This document shows positions 20,786 through 25,809 of a DNA stretch of 25,809 nt, in pieces (position 1 is the stretch's first letter; each line of letters starts with the position of its first letter). Source of the stretch: an uncultured Bdellovibrionales bacterium (lineage in GTDB: Bacteria; Patescibacteriota; Minisyncoccia; Moranbacterales; UBA1568); NCBI GenBank assembly GCA_964471075.1, contig CAYYET010000001.1, positions 1-25,809 of the forward strand. Reading direction: 5' to 3'. The position numbers and the translations under genes are program-made. A model generated the notes under the pieces. The model worked only from the letters and a program-made list of their open reading frames with translations, searched no databases and was not told where the DNA came from.

Positions 20786-23440
20786 ATGTCATTTCTTGAA
20801 AAACTTTTTGGTTCTAATGATCGTGAAATTAAGAAGTTGCAGCCGCTGGTAGAGAGGATTAACCAGTTTGAGGCCACCTTACAATCGCTTTCTCTGGAGG
20901 ATCTGAAAGGAAAAACAGAAAGCTTCCGCAAGCGTCTAGCAGAAGGAGAAGAGATAGACGCTTTGTTACCAGAGGCGTACGCTGTGGTGAGAGAAGTAGC
21001 CAAGCGGGTTATTGGAGAACGGCACTACGATGTGCAGATGCTTGGTGGTATTGCTCTCCATCGTGGAAAAATCGCGGAAATGAAAACGGGTGAAGGAAAA
21101 ACCCTGACTTCGACCCTGCCTATCTACTTGAATGCGTTAACAGGGAAGGGCGTACACGTTGTAACCGTCAATGATTATCTGGCGAAGCGTGACTGTAACT
21201 GGATGGGTCGAGTTTATGAAGCTTTAGGTCTGAAGACCGCCTGTATTGTGGGTCAAGGAGTATCGTATGCCTATACTTCTAATGTCGAGGATCGTGACGA
21301 AGTGAGTGTTGAGATGGAAAACTTGGTACCCATCACGCGCAAAGAAGCCTACCAGGCTGATATCACCTACGGCACCAATAATGAATTTGGTTTCGACTAT
21401 CTGCGAGACAACATGGTGCCAACTTTGGAAGACATGGTGCAGCGACCGCTTCACTTTGCTATCGTCGACGAAGTAGACTCTATCTTGATTGATGAGGCTC
21501 GTACGCCACTGATCATCTCTGCTCCAGACAGTGAATCTACCAAGCTCTATGAACGCTTCGCTAAGATTGTTCCTCATTTGAAGCCTGAAAAGGATTATGC
21601 GGTCGATGAAAAGATGAAAGTGGTCACGCTTACCGATGAAGGTATGACGACCGTGGAGCGACTGCTCGGCATGGAGAACATCTATGCTTCCGGAAACGTT
21701 CAGTATGTCCATCATCTTGAGCAATCTCTCAAAGCACATATCATTTTCAATCTTGATCGTGACTATGTTGTCAAAGATGATCAAGTAATCATTGTTGATG
21801 ACTTCACGGGCCGTCTTATGCCGGGGCGCCGCTATAGCGAAGGGTTACATCAAGCTATTGAAGCCAAAGAAGGCGTCACGGTGCAACGTGAATCTCGTAC
21901 ACTAGCCACGATTACCTTTCAGAACTATTTCCGTCTCTATGAGAAATTGGCTGGTATGACCGGTACAGCCACAACCTCAGCAGAAGAATTAGCCAAAGTG
22001 TATAAACTTGATGTTTTGGAGATTCCTACCAATCGAGCACTGGTTCGTAAGGATCTGGCCGATATCATTTACAAAATTGAGGAGGCCAAGTTTCGCGCTA
22101 TTGTCGAACATGTCAAAGAAATACACGCTACCGGACAACCGGTACTCATCGGTACGGTGGCGATCGAGAAATCTGAATACTTGAGTGAGCTTTTGAAACG
22201 AGAAGGTATTCCTCATGAAGTGCTGAACGCCAAGAATCATGAACGCGAAGCACATATTATTGCTGCTGCTGGCCAAAAAGGAGCGATTACTATTGCTACC
22301 AATATGGCGGGGCGTGGTACGGACATTAAACTTGGTGAAGGGGTGCGCGAATTAGGGGGTCTAGTGATTATTGGTACGGAACGTCATGAGGCTCGTCGTA
22401 TTGATAACCAGCTTCGTGGTCGTGCGGGTCGTCAGGGTGATCCAGGAGCGTCACAGTTCTTTGTCTCGCTCGAAGATGAACTGATGCGTCGATTCGGAGG
22501 GGATAAAATGAAAAGCATGATGACTACGCTTGGCTTACCGGATGACGAGCCAATTCAAAATGCTATTATTTCCAAAACTATTGAAAGTGCCCAGTCTAAA
22601 ATTGAGGGTTTCAACTTTGATATTCGTAAACACGTGCTTGATTATGACGATGTCATGAACAAGCAACGCGAGGTCGTGTATCGAAAACGTCGTACCGTAC
22701 TCGAGATTTCTGATTTTGAAAGTGAAACCATGAGACTGCTTTCTGAAGAACTAGATCACGTCATTGGTTTTCATACTGCAGTCGAAGAAGGAGAGTGGCA
22801 GGTAGCCGAGATTGTGAATGAAGCGAATGCTATGTTCTCTAGTCTCAACGAGAAAGAAGCCTTGAAGAAATTAGAAAGTATTCGAGATGACCGATCGAAA
22901 GATGAGGTAGAGAAGCGCGGATTGATGCTCGAATATCTCCTTGGGGAGGCAAAGAAACTGTACAATGCCAAAGAGCAGGCTCTGGGGAAAGAAGTGTGGC
23001 ATCATTTGCAAAAGGCTTTGTATCTGCGTTCGCTTGATACGTTGTGGATGAACCATCTCGATGAGATTGATTATCTCAGGCAGGGTATTGGACTGCGCGG
23101 CTATGGACAGCGCGATCCGCTTATCGAATACAAGCGCGAAGCCTTTGATCTTTTCCTAGGACTCATGGACACGGTACGAAAAACCTATCTCATGACTATT
23201 TTGAAAGTGGAACAAGGAAGTCCGCTAGAACAAGCTACTCCTCGGGAAATGCGTTTTCAGGGAGCCAGTGAGAATATCGAGTCTTTTGCCACACTTCATG
23301 AAGGAGCTCAAGCTGGTGGGGGCAGTGCCCAAGGCGAAGCTCCGAAACAGACTCCTATTGTGAACGAAGAAATAATTGGGCGTAACGATCCTTGTCCTTG
23401 TGGTTCGGGCAAGAAATACAAGAAATGTCATGGAAAGTAA
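20786..23440 (+). CDS. secA: Preprotein translocase ATPase SecA
   Basis: MKTGEGKTL, VVTVNDYLA.RD, DEVDSILIDEARTPLII, TNMAGRGTDI, QLRGRAGRQGD, C-terminal SEC-C GRNDPCPCGSGKKYKKCHG. Confidence 0.99.
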   Translation: MSFLEKLFGSNDREIKKLQPLVERINQFEATLQSLSLEDLKGKTESFRKRLAEGEEIDALLPEAYAVVREVAKRVIGERHYDVQMLGGIALHRGKIAEMKTGEGKTLTSTLPIYLNALTGKGVHVVTVNDYLAKRDCNWMGRVYEALGLKTACIVGQGVSYAYTSNVEDRDEVSVEMENLVPITRKEAYQADITYGTNNEFGFDYLRDNMVPTLEDMVQRPLHFAIVDEVDSILIDEARTPLIISAPDSESTKLYERFAKIVPHLKPEKDYAVDEKMKVVTLTDEGMTTVERLLGMENIYASGNVQYVHHLEQSLKAHIIFNLDRDYVVKDDQVIIVDDFTGRLMPGRRYSEGLHQAIEAKEGVTVQRESRTLATITFQNYFRLYEKLAGMTGTATTSAEELAKVYKLDVLEIPTNRALVRKDLADIIYKIEEAKFRAIVEHVKEIHATGQPVLIGTVAIEKSEYLSELLKREGIPHEVLNAKNHEREAHIIAAAGQKGAITIATNMAGRGTDIKLGEGVRELGGLVIIGTERHEARRIDNQLRGRAGRQGDPGASQFFVSLEDELMRRFGGDKMKSMMTTLGLPDDEPIQNAIISKTIESAQSKIEGFNFDIRKHVLDYDDVMNKQREVVYRKRRTVLEISDFESETMRLLSEELDHVIGFHTAVEEGEWQVAEIVNEANAMFSSLNEKEALKKLESIRDDRSKDEVEKRGLMLEYLLGEAKKLYNAKEQALGKEVWHHLQKALYLRSLDTLWMNHLDEIDYLRQGIGLRGYGQRDPLIEYKREAFDLFLGLMDTVRKTYLMTILKVEQGSPLEQATPREMRFQGASENIESFATLHEGAQAGGGSAQGEAPKQTPIVNEEIIGRNDPCPCGSGKKYKKCHGK

Positions 23441-23624
23441 TCATTCTTCTACTAACTGTCGTGATGAAGATGGTGTTACCGTAGGTCTTATTGATGCCTT
23501 GATGAGTATTGCGCGTATTTTGGCCAAACGTGACATGAATCCCGATTCAGTTCAAGAAGCTCTGAAAGATTTGGCCTCCGATGAAGATATTGCAAAAGTG
23601 CTCGATGAAGCAAGAAGAATATAG
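23430..23624 (+). CDS. Small helical hypothetical protein (64 aa)
   Basis: ATG at 23430 overlaps the secA stop by 11 nt and the ORF ends 2 nt before the next gene, filling the gap exactly. Confidence 0.5.
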   Translation: MESNHSSTNCRDEDGVTVGLIDALMSIARILAKRDMNPDSVQEALKDLASDEDIAKVLDEARRI

Positions 23625-23626
23625 AT

Positions 23627-23896
23627 ATGGCGATAGTAAAGAAAAAGCTCTGGAAAGAGTATTTCCATCAGTACACTGAAGGAAAAAAGTATGAACTTCG
23701 ATTAAATGATTTTGATATTCAACCAGGGGATACGCTTATTCTTGAGGAATGGGACAAGGAAAAAGAAAAATACACTGGTAGAACTCTTGAAAGAAAGGTA
23801 ACGCGTGTAAATAGATTTAAACTGGACTGGATCTATGAGGTTTGGTCAAGAGAGGAAGTAGAAGAAAAAGGGATTCAAATTATTTCCATAGAGTAG
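23627..23896 (+). CDS. ASCH/PUA-like domain protein (DUF3850 type)
   Basis: K.W.EYF.....GKKYELRLNDFDIQPGD.LILEEWD....YTGR pattern of DUF3850/ASCH proteins. Confidence 0.8.
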   Translation: MAIVKKKLWKEYFHQYTEGKKYELRLNDFDIQPGDTLILEEWDKEKEKYTGRTLERKVTRVNRFKLDWIYEVWSREEVEEKGIQIISIE

Positions 23897-23900
23897 TTCT

Positions 23901-24314
23901 ATGCGTATTGGAATTGTGGGAAGTATGCAGTATACAGAGAAGATGCTGGAGGTTCGTGAGGAGCTTCAGAAGCTTGGGCATGAAGCGTTTGTGACAGACT
24001 TGCATGATGCTTTTGTTGGGAAAAGCGATGAAGAAAAAGAACGCATTAAAATTGAACAAAAACAGAATCAAGATGCTATTCGTGAATTTTGGCGAGTTAT
24101 GCAAGGAGCAGATGGAATATTAGTGCTTAATTTGGATAAACATGGAATAAAGAACTATATTGGTGGTAACACATTTTTGGAAATGGGCTTTGCACATGTG
24201 CTTGATCAAAAAATCTTCCTGTGGAATTCAATCCCAGAAATTTCTTACTATCAATCAGAAATCGAAGCGATGAAACCGATAGTGATTAACGGAGATCTGC
24301 ATAAAATAGTTTAG
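23901..24314 (+). CDS. Nucleoside 2-deoxyribosyltransferase-like (NDT/N-glycosidase fold) protein
   Basis: Flavodoxin-like order: IGIVGS, ADGILVLN, YIGGNTFLEMGFA (catalytic-type Glu), KIFLWN. Confidence 0.65.
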   Translation: MRIGIVGSMQYTEKMLEVREELQKLGHEAFVTDLHDAFVGKSDEEKERIKIEQKQNQDAIREFWRVMQGADGILVLNLDKHGIKNYIGGNTFLEMGFAHVLDQKIFLWNSIPEISYYQSEIEAMKPIVINGDLHKIV

Positions 24315-24316
24315 AT

Positions 24317-24859
24317 ATGGCGTACTATTACAGTCCGTTCCGAAAGGACTATCATCGAAACTTAGCAGAAAAGGAAAAAAGTTGCCCTTTTTGTCAGCCT
24401 GATTATGAGACGCAGGTAGTCAAAAATGATTCAAGGATAGCTGTTGAAGATGAGAACTATTTCTGGATCGTGAATCTTTTTCCGCGTTTTGAAGGGCATA
24501 CTATGATTGTTCCCAAGAGGCATTTGAAATCTTTGGAAGAAGAGAAACCAGAAGAAATTCTTTCCCGACAAAAACTTCTTTTGTTTGCTATACGTCAATT
24601 AGAAAAAGTCTACCCGGAAAGTGGTTTCGAAGTTTTTCTTCAATCAGGCGCGGGCTCATTGCAAACAGTAGAGCATCTTCATTGGCATATCATTCCTGCT
24701 CAAAAAGATGATCCGCTCCGAGGCTTTGAAAAAATGGGTCATTTTAATACCAGCGAAGAAGGCCAAGAAAAAGTTCTTATTTTTCCTATTCCTATTAAAC
24801 TCGCTCGCCAAGATCTCTTAGAAGCTCTGCAAAAAGCCATAGGAGACGAAGCCTTATGA
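24317..24859 (+). CDS. HIT family nucleotide hydrolase
   Basis: CPFC, NLFPRFEGHTMIVPKRH, histidine triad HLHWHII. Confidence 0.9.
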   Translation: MAYYYSPFRKDYHRNLAEKEKSCPFCQPDYETQVVKNDSRIAVEDENYFWIVNLFPRFEGHTMIVPKRHLKSLEEEKPEEILSRQKLLLFAIRQLEKVYPESGFEVFLQSGAGSLQTVEHLHWHIIPAQKDDPLRGFEKMGHFNTSEEGQEKVLIFPIPIKLARQDLLEALQKAIGDEAL

Positions 24860-24871
24860 ACTGAATTTTCT

Positions 24872-25312
24872 ATGGAAAATAAAAATGGAGTGCCAAAACT
24901 TTTTATTGCTACGAAGGCTTTAATTCTTCATCAAGGGAGGGTACTCCTTCTCCGGGAATCAGGATCTTATCAGGATGGTACTAATAAAGGAAGATACGAT
25001 GTACCTGGCGGTCGCCTAAATCCTGGAGAAGCGTTTTCTGAAGCATTGAAACGAGAAGTGAAGGAGGAAACCGGCCTCTCAGTGACCCTAGGTGATCCAA
25101 TCAGTGTGGGAGAATGGCGGCCGGTGGTACGAGGCGAAGTCTGGCAGATTGTGGGAATATTTTTTGAGTGTACATCAGAAAGTGAGGATGTTGTATTGAG
25201 TACTGATCATGATGCTTTTGAATGGATAGCGTTGGAGAAAATTGATCAGTATCCTGTTATAGAAAATTTGAAGCCTGTCTTTGAAAAATTAAGAAAGAAA
25301 TATTTATTGTGA
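24872..25312 (+). CDS. Nudix hydrolase
   Basis: Nudix box GGRLNPGEAFSEALKREVKEETGL. Confidence 0.92.
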   Translation: MENKNGVPKLFIATKALILHQGRVLLLRESGSYQDGTNKGRYDVPGGRLNPGEAFSEALKREVKEETGLSVTLGDPISVGEWRPVVRGEVWQIVGIFFECTSESEDVVLSTDHDAFEWIALEKIDQYPVIENLKPVFEKLRKKYLL

Positions 25313-25773
25313 CTATGGCTAAAAAATCTTTTGATTTACGGAAAGGAGTGGACTTTATTGGGGTGACCTGTGTTTTTTTGTGTCATGACGGCAAGGGAAA
25401 CTTTCTCATGCACAAACGCAGTAAAAATTGTCGAGATGAAGTTGGTCGCTGGGATACCGGCTCTGGATCGCTTGAATTTGGAGAAACGCCTGAACAGGGG
25501 GTGGTGCGGGAAATACAGGAAGAGTATTGTGTGAAAGCAAAGAAACTACAGTTTTGTGGCATGAGAAACGCTCTACGTAAGAATGGTCAGACAAAAACTC
25601 ATTGGATAGCACTTTTATTTGTTGCACAAGTGGACCCCAAAAAAGTAAAAATTGGCGAACCAGACAAGATGGAAGAGCTCGGCTGGTTTCGCATGAATAA
25701 GTTGCCAAAACCACTTCATTCAGCCTTTCGTGATCAACTAAAGATCATTCGTGCTGCGGGGGTAACTTTTTAG
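25309..25773 (+). CDS. Nudix hydrolase
   Basis: Nudix box GSLEFGETPEQGVVREIQEEY. GTG start overlaps the previous stop (GTGA); ATG at 25315 is an alternative. Confidence 0.88.
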   Translation: MTMAKKSFDLRKGVDFIGVTCVFLCHDGKGNFLMHKRSKNCRDEVGRWDTGSGSLEFGETPEQGVVREIQEEYCVKAKKLQFCGMRNALRKNGQTKTHWIALLFVAQVDPKKVKIGEPDKMEELGWFRMNKLPKPLHSAFRDQLKIIRAAGVTF

Positions 25774-25778
25774 AATAT

Positions 25779-25809
25779 ATGCTAGAAAGACTCTTACAAT
25801 TTTCCAAAC
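25779..25809 (+). CDS. Probable start of the next gene in the cluster (3'-truncated)
   Basis: ATG 5 nt after the Nudix stop and open to the window edge (MLERLLQFSK). Too short to assign. Confidence 0.35.
   Translation, partial: MLERLLQFSK

Noticed and set aside
1-25809. CRISPR array, tRNA, rRNA, IS element, prophage, or TGA recoding (code 25)
   Set aside because: I found no regularly spaced direct repeats, cloverleafs, or transposase, integrase or phage motifs. Conserved genes end properly at TGA and have no in-frame TGA.

Overview
Bacterial chromosomal segment, standard genetic code (TGA is used as a stop, e.g. murB). Core genes mostly lack Shine-Dalgarno motifs and are roughly 43-47% GC by eye. 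Gene content (DUF4012, a split dcw block, a small membrane ORF next to hpf-secA) suggests Patescibacteria/CPR, Parcubacteria-like; this is inference. Layout from left to right: (1) a high-GC block (1-1609) with a 5'-truncated beta-rich protein and a secreted ORFan behind a highly structured leader; (2) a surface-glycan locus (Wzy_C/O-antigen ligase-like, SAM methyltransferase, two GT4s, NAD-dependent epimerase, beta-helix protein, Wzz-like protein, DUF4012) interrupted by a fused ADP-forming acetate-CoA ligase; (3) trmD-ftsW-murG-murC-murB; (4) small membrane ORF, hpf, secA; (5) an AT-rich, tightly coupled cluster of ASCH, NDT-like, HIT and two Nudix genes. The most unusual signal is four GC-richer ORFans (968, 6146, 13759, 19744) that sit singly between other genes, each with a strong SD and its own terminator. 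Two of them share a three-block leader (GTTCTTT-N4-ACGTTTC...CGAGGAGAT) that resembles a boxA/boxB antitermination site. No rRNA, tRNA, CRISPR array, transposase or integrase was recognised. All GC figures are hand estimates from sampled lines and all RNA pairings were found by eye.
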